Positions 26,127 through 35,235 of a DNA stretch of 64,000 nt are shown one piece after another. The DNA is from an uncultured Gammaproteobacteria bacterium (GTDB lineage: Bacteria; Patescibacteriota; Patescibacteriia; Patescibacteriales; UBA12465): the NCBI GenBank assembly GCA_964509735.1, contig CAZDYJ010000002.1, forward strand, positions 481 to 64,480, written 5' to 3'. Within the stretch, counting starts at the first letter, position 1. The number at the start of each line of letters is the position of its first letter. Position numbers and translations under genes: made by a program. The notes under the pieces were generated by a model that saw only the letters and a program-made list of their open reading frames with translations, was not told where the DNA came from and searched no databases.

Positions 26127-29100
26127 TTATTCCAAACGCTGCATAAGATCTTCGCCACCACCACCTCCACTGTTTCCCTCAATCTCTTTAACAACAGAAC
26201 CCCCACCTCCGCCGCCGCCACTACTAGAAGGACTGCTGCTTACAACACACACACCATTATAATTCATTGTTCCGTTTATAACTTTGCTGCCAATAGTTTT
26301 ACAAGAATCTCCAAAATATCTAACTATAAAATCAGTTCCCACACATTCATATCTATAACGATCACACCAATTAGTTGTTAGCCAGTTGTCTGTGCAATTA
26401 CCAGGAATTCTTGATGATCTTAAATCATCTTTGTCTCGACAACTATCCCCTGTGGCCACACCAATTCTTTTTAAATCTTTAAACCCAATTGGGCATTTTA
26501 TTTGATTTGTTTTGTGAGTATTATCACTTGATGTATATTTCGTGTTGTCTACGCAAATAGGATTATCTATTTGAATAAATGTACAGTTAGCTAAAGGGTT
26601 TGTTGGGTTAGAAAAAGAATCTGATAAACATATTTTTTTAGGATAGGTGTTGTTTATTTGACTACTTGTAAACCGATAGCTTTTTGTAGATACACCCTTG
26701 TAATACTCGTATGTTACTCCGGCTAAAGTTGCATCTCCTTCAAGAAATTGTATGTCTTTAACAATTTCCTCAACTACCCAACTTTTCTTTTCACATTTAT
26801 TGCTAGTGCATTTATAACCTAAGTCGCATTGTCCATCGGCTGTGCAATAACTTGGGTCAGCCTTACAGTCTCTGATAGCAAAATCACAAATAAAGCCTAT
26901 ATCACAGTCTCTGTCAGAAAAACAGGCTGTGTCATCTCCTTCGCCAGCATTAATACCACAGTCAACAGGACAAGTAGCTCTTCTTTCTTTAGCTGTCTGA
27001 CAAAAACCATCTCCACAAAAACCGCCACCATCAAGAGGATATTTAAAGACACAATAATTTCCAGAGGATATTTCAAATGGAGTCTTATCCCCTACGTTTG
27101 TATTACAAGCATACTGACGGTTAATAGAGCTGTTGTCTAAAGCATGGGCCGCCACACCATCTAATCCGTCACAATCTTCATAGCCATCATTATATAAACC
27201 CCCGCGTCCTTCAGAGTTAGGCGCCTGCTTAATGCCATCACCACAATAACTATTTATTCTCAAGCTAAATTCTTTCTGTGACTTTGCTCCAAAAGGAGAG
27301 GTAGCTGACACCTTAACATTAAAATATGATCCAGCCTGATTGCCAGGAAAAGATTTTGGATATCCGCTTATATAAAAACTATTTTGAGAAAGTTCAGCAC
27401 TGCCTAAATCTAAGCTAAAATCAGAGCTCGGCAAACCTTCTAAACGATAAGTAGTTTTTTGATCTAAATAAGAATCTGGGCCGACCAAACAATTATAAAA
27501 ATACTTATAACTACCCGACGAATTAATTCTCGCTGATAAAGGACAGGAAAAATTTAAAGGTGGTTTAGGTGATAAAAAATCCACATAAAATACTTTATTA
27601 AACCATTTATTATTTCTGTCTCTAACTCTTATATCAAAGCCAATTCTAACATCGTTAGAGAACTCTCCATTAGGATAATTTGCGGGATTAATAGTTCCGG
27701 TATAACTAACTTTATAGCGATTATTACCGGATGGAACTGGTTTTCCATCCCCTTCTCTTACAAAAAATGATCCAACTTCTGGTCCGGAAATTTTTTGTAC
27801 TACATAGTCGGAAGCACTGGGATTAGGGGATAAATTTTCTCCTGAAAAATAAAAACTATAATAAAAAGGAGTTCCTTCTTTAAGGGTGTGAATAGAATTT
27901 TCTGCTTCAATAAAAACGCCAGGCTCCTCTATTTTAATACTAAATGTTTCTTCAATGGCGCCACCGCGACCATCACTGACAATTAAATTAAAGTTATAGT
28001 TATTATTTGAGGGAGTTATTGGAGTTGAGGCGGCATAAACTTTTTTTTCAAATTTATTACTAGTATCAATTAAAACTGGTGCAGCACTCCAGCCAAGCCA
28101 TTTAGAAGCATCACCAGTTGATATTTCCCATTCTAAAGGATCGTTGTTTTCATCAAAAACCCTAATATAGCCATTTAAAGCTCTCCCAGCTTGAGCACTT
28201 AAATAATAGTCGACTACAATAGGGGAAATATTAGCACCGCTTCCACCTCCGGTTGTAAAATTAGTTAAACAAGCCGAACCACTATAATCACCGGGATTAA
28301 ATTCATATCCAAAATCATAACTTTCTAAAGAGGAGCATAAATTGTAACTCGAACCCTCTGAATTAGAAGCATAAACCATAACATAGCTGTTATCTGGTAA
28401 TGGCAAAGATTGTGGACCTGGATCATTTACAAAGCGTCGACTAATTTCATCCCAGCAAGTAATTTTATCAAAACCTGGGCAATAACCAAGTCTATTTATA
28501 GGATCAACATAATTTGGAGAAACGGCCAATTCACTTAAAAAATTCTGAGACCAACTAGGCCAGACAGACACGCTTTTGTTTGCCAAATAAGTTCCAGCTG
28601 TTAAACGAGGATAGTAACCAGTTTTCTGGCGATAATTAGCTAAAGCTTCTTTCATTTCCTCTAAACGTCCGATTCTTTTAGTATCTCTTATAATCATTGC
28701 TTTATGACTGTCACAAAAAAATCCACTCGGACAATCACTGTCAATTAGACAATTTTTTTTATTTAATAAAACACATGATCCCGTGCTGTTTCCTGAGGTT
28801 GAACAAATTTGATCATTAGAACAATCACTATCGTTTTGACAAGAAAAAGATGACACAGAGCAGGAATAAGAAGCATCCGAAAACTCTCCTTTACTTAAAT
28901 TATCATTAAACTTCCAACGAGAAATTATTTGTCCTAAAATATCAACTGTTTTTTCTGATGGCTCCTGGCTATAAGAAATAACATATATATTTGTAAACAC
29001 ATCTTTGCTGTCACTGACATTAGCAGCATTTACATAAACAGTTCGTCCATCTCTTATCGCTTCATAGCCATCAACCGTTAGAGCTTGTGGTGATCCAGCA

Positions 29101-29300
29101 AAGCCCTGACTTCTGTACCAAGAGGCGATGCTGTAATGATTGGGATTAGGAACAACTCGAACCGCAATAGCATCAGCTGAATCAGAAAAAGGATTTGAGT
29201 TTTCTTGAGCCTCGGCTGGATAAAAAACCAAAGCGGCTAAAAAAACAAAAGCAGATACTAAAATAAAACGACGAATGTTCATATTTTTTTCATTTTTCAT
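26127..29300 (-). CDS. Giant secreted Cys-rich protein (1057 aa) with Ig-like domains and a C-terminal poly-Gly tail
   Basis: Signal peptide MKNEKNMNIRRFILVSAFVFLAALVFYPAEA. Numerous Cys clusters (CSVSSFSCQNDSDCSNDQICS...; CGDGFCQTAKERRATCPVDCG). Cadherin/Ig-like segment LNGYIRVFDENNDPLEWEISTGD. C-terminus SSGGGGGGGSVVKEIEGNSGGGGGEDLMQRLE. Confidence 0.55.
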   Translation of the reverse strand: MKNEKNMNIRRFILVSAFVFLAALVFYPAEAQENSNPFSDSADAIAVRVVPNPNHYSIASWYRSQGFAGSPQALTVDGYEAIRDGRTVYVNAANVSDSKDVFTNIYVISYSQEPSEKTVDILGQIISRWKFNDNLSKGEFSDASYSCSVSSFSCQNDSDCSNDQICSTSGNSTGSCVLLNKKNCLIDSDCPSGFFCDSHKAMIIRDTKRIGRLEEMKEALANYRQKTGYYPRLTAGTYLANKSVSVWPSWSQNFLSELAVSPNYVDPINRLGYCPGFDKITCWDEISRRFVNDPGPQSLPLPDNSYVMVYASNSEGSSYNLCSSLESYDFGYEFNPGDYSGSACLTNFTTGGGSGANISPIVVDYYLSAQAGRALNGYIRVFDENNDPLEWEISTGDASKWLGWSAAPVLIDTSNKFEKKVYAASTPITPSNNNYNFNLIVSDGRGGAIEETFSIKIEEPGVFIEAENSIHTLKEGTPFYYSFYFSGENLSPNPSASDYVVQKISGPEVGSFFVREGDGKPVPSGNNRYKVSYTGTINPANYPNGEFSNDVRIGFDIRVRDRNNKWFNKVFYVDFLSPKPPLNFSCPLSARINSSGSYKYFYNCLVGPDSYLDQKTTYRLEGLPSSDFSLDLGSAELSQNSFYISGYPKSFPGNQAGSYFNVKVSATSPFGAKSQKEFSLRINSYCGDGIKQAPNSEGRGGLYNDGYEDCDGLDGVAAHALDNSSINRQYACNTNVGDKTPFEISSGNYCVFKYPLDGGGFCGDGFCQTAKERRATCPVDCGINAGEGDDTACFSDRDCDIGFICDFAIRDCKADPSYCTADGQCDLGYKCTSNKCEKKSWVVEEIVKDIQFLEGDATLAGVTYEYYKGVSTKSYRFTSSQINNTYPKKICLSDSFSNPTNPLANCTFIQIDNPICVDNTKYTSSDNTHKTNQIKCPIGFKDLKRIGVATGDSCRDKDDLRSSRIPGNCTDNWLTTNWCDRYRYECVGTDFIVRYFGDSCKTIGSKVINGTMNYNGVCVVSSSPSSSGGGGGGGSVVKEIEGNSGGGGGEDLMQRLE

Positions 29301-29328
29301 AAAATCAAAGCTATGGAAAATATATTTT

Positions 29329-32300
29329 TTAATCTCCTAAGGGAATAAAAAGCAATTCTTCTGACTTAGAACTTTCATTACCAGAACCATCAATTGCTGA
29401 TATGGCTATATAATTACCAGAAAAAGAAAACTCAGAAGCAGAAAATACAAGATTATTTAAAGCTTCACCACTTTTTTTAACTGGAGAGTCAAAAGATTTT
29501 CCATAAAGACCCGGTCTTAATCCGATGTAAATTCGGTAAAAAGAAGTGTCGTCATTATTTTCTTGCCAGCTAATACGAACTGAGTTTTCTCCAACAGGAT
29601 TAGCCTCTAAATTTTGTGGAACACTTGGAGCTGTTTTGTCAGTAGGCATGGCTATTTTTTCGTTAGCAGCTGGACTTTCGGCTTTGTTAACTGAAACAAC
29701 GCCAATTCTAAAAGCATAATTAAAGCCATTATCTAAACCAGATACAATAGCCGAACAGCTATAGATATTATTATTTAAACTACATATATCAGTATTGTTG
29801 GCCTTAATTTCTCTAAAAGATATTTCACTTTTGCCCGCACGAATATAATATATTTTGTAAGCATCAACTTGATCAGCATTTGACTCCCAAGAAATTTTCA
29901 CCTGACCACTGGTTTTTAAATCCAAGGCTTCAATTATCCTTCCTGAAGATGGTAATTTTTCTCTAAAGAAATATGATTCTTTTAAAACATTCCAAATACA
30001 TATTCCATCAGGCACACCATCACCATTTCTATCATCTCCACAACGATCATTTACATTATTGCAAGAAGCGGGGCGATCAGAGCTGCAAATCAAGTTATTA
30101 TTCCTACCAATAATCACCGGTTCATTTAAAACAGCTGGTAAATCATCGTATGTTCCGCTGGTTCCAGCATCGCGACAATAATAAAAGCTATAATTAAAAT
30201 TACCGCAATCACTTTCTCCAATTGTACAATTATTTACACTATCGTACCAAGGAGACCATAGGCCATCACGACTAATCGCTGGCCAAGGATTGTTACATAT
30301 AAATACAAAAATGTCAGCGTTTTTATTAAAGTTATTGCCAGCCGAATAGTAATTACAACAATTTTCTTCACAAATATCATTAGAACAAGAACAGGTCGCG
30401 TCGCTATTACAAGTTGACCCTGGAGTGTTAGCGATAAAACGAGACATATCTATAGAAGCGTTTATTTTTGTTTTACCATCAGTTATACCTTTTTGAGCTG
30501 AAACAAAATATTGATTTAAAGGTAAGCCGTTTAATCTTTCTCCTTTGGCGATTGTTTCATCAGCAATAGTAAACTTATAATCCCAAAAATAGCCACCAAC
30601 TGGACGCAAGGATTGTCCGTCACTGCTTAAAGCAAAGGCGCTCCAGACTTTATCCTTATCAGCTTTTGAATCAAAACTACCTGAACCAGGAATATCTTTT
30701 TCTTCAGACTCCAAGGCGTTGTCAGTAGTTTTAAATAAATAGGAAATAGGCTTAACATCGATATTCGAAATAGCACATATGCCAGACATGGCACTTTGAG
30801 AAGAAAGGGTTGAAAATTTAATTATTTCAGAATTTTTAAAACTCTTTTCATTAAATTTAATATTCTCAGCTTCTAAAAATCCGCTTGGGATAGAAGCATC
30901 GGGATAACCACGACCATTAAAACCAACTCCTTTAAGACTTAGTATACCTGTTTGACTATTTAAATTTTCATCACCTAAAACTAATAAATAGTAATTAGTA
31001 GATGGTGATAAAATAGTATTTGATAAAAAATTAACAGTACTGGCTTCGGCCGTATTTTCTAAAAATGCTTTACCAGGAATCATACAATAAAGTTTGTCCT
31101 CACTTGGTTTTTCAGCTAATGCCCTATTACTTAGAGATGGTGAGAATAAAGAGGCAATTTTTCTAACTGAAACTCTAAAGAAATTTTCTATTCTGGCAAA
31201 GAAATTATTATTATAAGCTATAGCGTCTTTTAAAGACTCAGCTGAAGCTACAAAAGAGCCGTTTGGACAAATCCCATCCCCAAAAGATCTTTCCTCAATT
31301 AGAACAATATTATTGTCTAAGGACGATTGATCCATTAACTGATTAAAGCTAAATTTTAAAATAGCATTACGACAAACATTATCTGATAAATGGGCTGGAA
31401 AACTCGAAACGATTGTTGGTCTTGTTTCACAACAAGTATCATTACCACAACCAACTAGTTCTGGTGAGCCACATTGCTCATCGGTTTCACAACCACAACA
31501 TAAACCTCTTTCTGCTCCAGCACAATTTCCGCGATCAGCGATACAAGATAAATTCGGATTAATATTTTGACATGAATCAAAAGCTCCCGGAGTAGTTACC
31601 GGCTGACAACAACAAGTTCCACAATCACCTGAAGTAGCTGAGCCAAGAACCCCTCCCTCTGCCATACAAGAAAATCCTGGAGCACTACACAAAGAAGTGT
31701 CACAAACATAGGGGTCTTTAATGCCAAAATAACCACTTACAGAACAAGATAATCCAACGCCACTTATAGGATTAGCACAGGCTGATTCACATTCCTTAAT
31801 ACCTTTATAGTTTCCTGTTTTTAGTTTAGTTTCAGAAGCACAAAGCTTTTCTTCTTCCTTACAATCATAATAAGCACAGTAACCTTGGTTTTCTGGATTG
31901 CCATCATTTATAACTTCTCCTAAGGTACACTTTGACTCCTTGGCATCAAAGCAGCAACGACCACTGGCTTCAGCTGAACAAGCGTCAAACCCTTCTAAGG
32001 CTGAGCATGGATCACTTAAAGCACATTCGGTTTCACATTTTTCTAAACTTAAATAACTACCTGTTTTAACAGGATAACTAGAAGCACAAACATTTGATTC
32101 AGTAGCGGAACAATTATAATAAGCGCAATAACCAAAGTCCTCACTTAAAGGATTATCGCTTATTAAATTGCCTTTTCCACCTCGACAAATCCCTGAGGCA
32201 GAGTCTAAACAACAAACATTAGCATGTTCAAGACAAGCCTCTGGGCTCAAACTAGCACAATCAGTACAATATCCATTTGGAAAACTAGAATCATTAACTT

Positions 32301-35196
32301 CACAAAATTGACCACTGGTTCCTGAACAATTACAAGCAGCATCTCTTTCAAGGGCAGTATCTCCAGCAGCCGCACAACCACTACAACGACCTAAACCACT
32401 ATCATCGTTTGTAGTATCACTACCACAAGTTCCTCCGCATTGTAATTGAACAACTTCGCCGTCTTTGTTTTGAAAAGAGCAGCAATCCCGAGCACTCTGC
32501 CCAACGGTACAACAACAATCACAGCTAGCGCTTTTTGTGGAAACACAACGGCCTACCGAAGAATCACTCTCAGACTCACAAATGGACCCACTAGGACATA
32601 ATTTATTTGAAATACAGCGACCAAAACCATTTATATTTTCACATTTCAAACCGTAGTCGCAGCTAGAACAAGTTGAAGTTGGATTATAGCATTTATCTCC
32701 CACACCTCTTATAAATCCTTCTGGGCAAGATGATGTTAAATTTATTTCCAAACGTCCATTTTCATTACAATATAATTTAGTAGATAAAGCCTGTCCATTT
32801 AACTCATATTCGAAAGATTGATCTAAATCACAATTTTGCTCTTGTTCGTTTTCTAAGTTTTGTAAACATTTATCAAGGTTTGTGTTATAAGTACAATTAT
32901 TTTCTCCAATTCTACAACCAGCTACACTTGAACAATCATAACTACAATTGACACCAAATATTTTATCTCCACCAGCATAAGGAGAACATATACCAGAAGC
33001 ATTTGGACAGGCACCAACATTACAAAATCCGTAATATTTAGATAATCCGGCACAGCTATCTGCTTCTGTCTCTGGATTAGAAAAAGCGGTACTAAAACTC
33101 CATTCATAAACAGAGCTCGGTACGTCAACATAACATTTATCAAGTGTATTAACACACATTCCTTTTTTAAAAGTGCCAGCCGGACAACAAACCTGAGACC
33201 CACAATCAGAATTAGAAATACAAGCCCCAACTGAGAAATTTAAATCATTACCATAAACACCGTTTTTAAATATTCTAACAGGACCAGTAATTGAATTTTC
33301 CGGCACAGAAGTTTCCACCTTATCAGCCCGACCATCTTTCTTAACTATAGCTGACACATTATCAGAACCATTGAATTTAATTGAGACCTCGCTAGAAGGG
33401 GCACCAAAATATTCACCCCAAATAGCAACCTTAGTTAAGGTTGGTCCGCGAATAGGATCTATTTTACACAAACTTGTTTTTAAATCTATATTTTGATCAA
33501 AAGTAAAGGCTTTGGGATTTAAATTATCAGTGCTAACAGTTTTATCTCCTAATTCAATTTTTATAACATAGTCGGAAGGATTTAAATCTTTAGGAACTTT
33601 AACCATTATCTGATTATCTTTCCAAACAGAATTTAAACAAACTTCTGGAAAATCATAAGAAGCTTCAATGTCTCCAAAAAAAACTTTTCTATTACCCTTT
33701 GCTCCTCCAAAACCAGATCCATAAATAGTTACGTATTGACCAGTGTTTCCAGAGCTTGGAGAAAACGAAGAAATAAAAGCCCCTTCATTAGGTTCTTTTT
33801 CTTTTACAAATGTTAAAAAATTACTTTTCTCCAAACTACCATTTAAGGTTGCCTGGACAAAACTTCCTGACTCACCAGCTCGAATATTTGGAGTAGCTGA
33901 CAAACCTTGTAAGCCTTTGGGGTCACTAAAATCAGAAACAAGGCCTCTAACATTAGTTTGATAATTTCCAAAATAAGCCTCGCCTGAGAAAAGATTAACA
34001 CCGGAATAAGAAACCTCCGAACTTAACTGTCCTCTTATTGGATCAATTTCGCATAAACCAGGACGAACAATACTATTGGAACGAAAATCTGGAATAATTG
34101 GGCCATAGTCATTATTGGTTGTGTCAAAAAGAGAATCGGCGGCAACAACTTTTATAGGACCAGTCGCTGCGCCAGCTGGAATAGCGATAATTATCTGATC
34201 ACTTCTCCAGAAACTAATACAGTCTGGATTTATAATGTTTGGCCTATCAGCTTCTTTTTCAGTGCCACTTCCTAAAAAAATAACCTTACTCTTATCAGCA
34301 TCATAAGATCCAAAATTTCGTCCAGTAATAGTTAGAAAATTTCCCGTCGCTCCATTGGGAGCACTTAAGTTGCAAGTATCACTACAATCTGCGTCCGTTT
34401 TACAACTTTTATTCTGTTCATTCTGACAAAAACCGCCCGCTGGACTAATATCAATTATAACGGGAGACCCTATACAGGTACAAGAATCGGGACTACAAGT
34501 TAAATAGGCGCCACATAAAGCATCATCAGCCTGACAAGTAGAGCCGCTTGAAGATCTATTACAAGAATCACCAGCCTGACCCAAGGGGCGACATAAACAG
34601 CTGTTGTCACAGTAATTTCCCTCGCCACAAATTTGATCAGTAGCTTGGCAACCAGGCAAAGCACTACCATCACAACTAACAGGGCCACAACCAGCTCCAT
34701 AACAACCACTACAATCAGAGCCTATACAAGCGCCAAAAGATCCATTGTTCCAAACCATGTATCCTCCACAACCACAAGCTTGAGTATCTCCGCTATTGTA
34801 TCCCCAATTATCACCGCTTATTACGCCGCTAATTCTATTAATTAAAAAGCTGGCAATTCCCCAAGAGGCTAAAATTATAACTAAGCCAATAACTCCAGCA
34901 ACTAGTATTTTTTTAGCTTCGGAAACTTTTTCTTCATTTCCGCCTGAGGTCATCCATTTAAAACCGCCATAAAGAATTATGCCCACCGCTAATATACCTA
35001 AAAACCCTAAGGCAAAATTTATTATTCTTCCCGCCGTTTCCCTTGGGTCGCTATTTGTTTCGCCAAGTGATCCGTCTAAACCACTGGCCACCTGGTCAAT
35101 CCCGTAGTCTTGAGCAAAGGCTATGCGAAAAAATAAAATACCTCCCAATAAAAGCAGGAAAGAAGTTATCTTAAAAAATTTTTTTCTGTTTATCAT
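29329..35196 (-). CDS. Giant surface protein (1955 aa): TrbC/VirB2-pilin-like N-terminal double-TM module + IPT/TIG-like domains + extensive Cys-rich region + C-terminal fibronectin-III-like domains
   Basis: N-terminal signal (…AFAQD) then two hydrophobic helices separated by KWMTSGGNEEK (IINFALGFLGILAVGIILYGGF / VAGVIGLVIILASWGIASFLINRI). Three IPT/TIG-like segments (LTITGRNFGS; VTIYGSGFGG; VAIWGEYFGA). Over 150 Cys in patterned clusters. C-terminal FN3-like SVPQNLEANPVGENSVRISWQENNDDTSFYRIYIG. Confidence 0.6.
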   Translation of the reverse strand: MINRKKFFKITSFLLLLGGILFFRIAFAQDYGIDQVASGLDGSLGETNSDPRETAGRIINFALGFLGILAVGIILYGGFKWMTSGGNEEKVSEAKKILVAGVIGLVIILASWGIASFLINRISGVISGDNWGYNSGDTQACGCGGYMVWNNGSFGACIGSDCSGCYGAGCGPVSCDGSALPGCQATDQICGEGNYCDNSCLCRPLGQAGDSCNRSSSGSTCQADDALCGAYLTCSPDSCTCIGSPVIIDISPAGGFCQNEQNKSCKTDADCSDTCNLSAPNGATGNFLTITGRNFGSYDADKSKVIFLGSGTEKEADRPNIINPDCISFWRSDQIIIAIPAGAATGPIKVVAADSLFDTTNNDYGPIIPDFRSNSIVRPGLCEIDPIRGQLSSEVSYSGVNLFSGEAYFGNYQTNVRGLVSDFSDPKGLQGLSATPNIRAGESGSFVQATLNGSLEKSNFLTFVKEKEPNEGAFISSFSPSSGNTGQYVTIYGSGFGGAKGNRKVFFGDIEASYDFPEVCLNSVWKDNQIMVKVPKDLNPSDYVIKIELGDKTVSTDNLNPKAFTFDQNIDLKTSLCKIDPIRGPTLTKVAIWGEYFGAPSSEVSIKFNGSDNVSAIVKKDGRADKVETSVPENSITGPVRIFKNGVYGNDLNFSVGACISNSDCGSQVCCPAGTFKKGMCVNTLDKCYVDVPSSVYEWSFSTAFSNPETEADSCAGLSKYYGFCNVGACPNASGICSPYAGGDKIFGVNCSYDCSSVAGCRIGENNCTYNTNLDKCLQNLENEQEQNCDLDQSFEYELNGQALSTKLYCNENGRLEINLTSSCPEGFIRGVGDKCYNPTSTCSSCDYGLKCENINGFGRCISNKLCPSGSICESESDSSVGRCVSTKSASCDCCCTVGQSARDCCSFQNKDGEVVQLQCGGTCGSDTTNDDSGLGRCSGCAAAGDTALERDAACNCSGTSGQFCEVNDSSFPNGYCTDCASLSPEACLEHANVCCLDSASGICRGGKGNLISDNPLSEDFGYCAYYNCSATESNVCASSYPVKTGSYLSLEKCETECALSDPCSALEGFDACSAEASGRCCFDAKESKCTLGEVINDGNPENQGYCAYYDCKEEEKLCASETKLKTGNYKGIKECESACANPISGVGLSCSVSGYFGIKDPYVCDTSLCSAPGFSCMAEGGVLGSATSGDCGTCCCQPVTTPGAFDSCQNINPNLSCIADRGNCAGAERGLCCGCETDEQCGSPELVGCGNDTCCETRPTIVSSFPAHLSDNVCRNAILKFSFNQLMDQSSLDNNIVLIEERSFGDGICPNGSFVASAESLKDAIAYNNNFFARIENFFRVSVRKIASLFSPSLSNRALAEKPSEDKLYCMIPGKAFLENTAEASTVNFLSNTILSPSTNYYLLVLGDENLNSQTGILSLKGVGFNGRGYPDASIPSGFLEAENIKFNEKSFKNSEIIKFSTLSSQSAMSGICAISNIDVKPISYLFKTTDNALESEEKDIPGSGSFDSKADKDKVWSAFALSSDGQSLRPVGGYFWDYKFTIADETIAKGERLNGLPLNQYFVSAQKGITDGKTKINASIDMSRFIANTPGSTCNSDATCSCSNDICEENCCNYYSAGNNFNKNADIFVFICNNPWPAISRDGLWSPWYDSVNNCTIGESDCGNFNYSFYYCRDAGTSGTYDDLPAVLNEPVIIGRNNNLICSSDRPASCNNVNDRCGDDRNGDGVPDGICIWNVLKESYFFREKLPSSGRIIEALDLKTSGQVKISWESNADQVDAYKIYYIRAGKSEISFREIKANNTDICSLNNNIYSCSAIVSGLDNGFNYAFRIGVVSVNKAESPAANEKIAMPTDKTAPSVPQNLEANPVGENSVRISWQENNDDTSFYRIYIGLRPGLYGKSFDSPVKKSGEALNNLVFSASEFSFSGNYIAISAIDGSGNESSKSEELLFIPLGD

Positions 35197-35235
35197 TTTT
35201 TTAAACCTATATTTCGGTTTTAATTTTATATAAAA

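Noticed and set aside
24173-34845. Multiple embedded ORFs (24173-24439, 26039-26221, 26829-27140, 32922-33230, 33743-33961, 34500-34709, 34633-34845) within the surface-protein array
   Set aside because: All lie inside or antisense to the long, continuous giant-protein frames. Several arise from Cys/Gly-codon-rich segments. None has independent start context or motifs.
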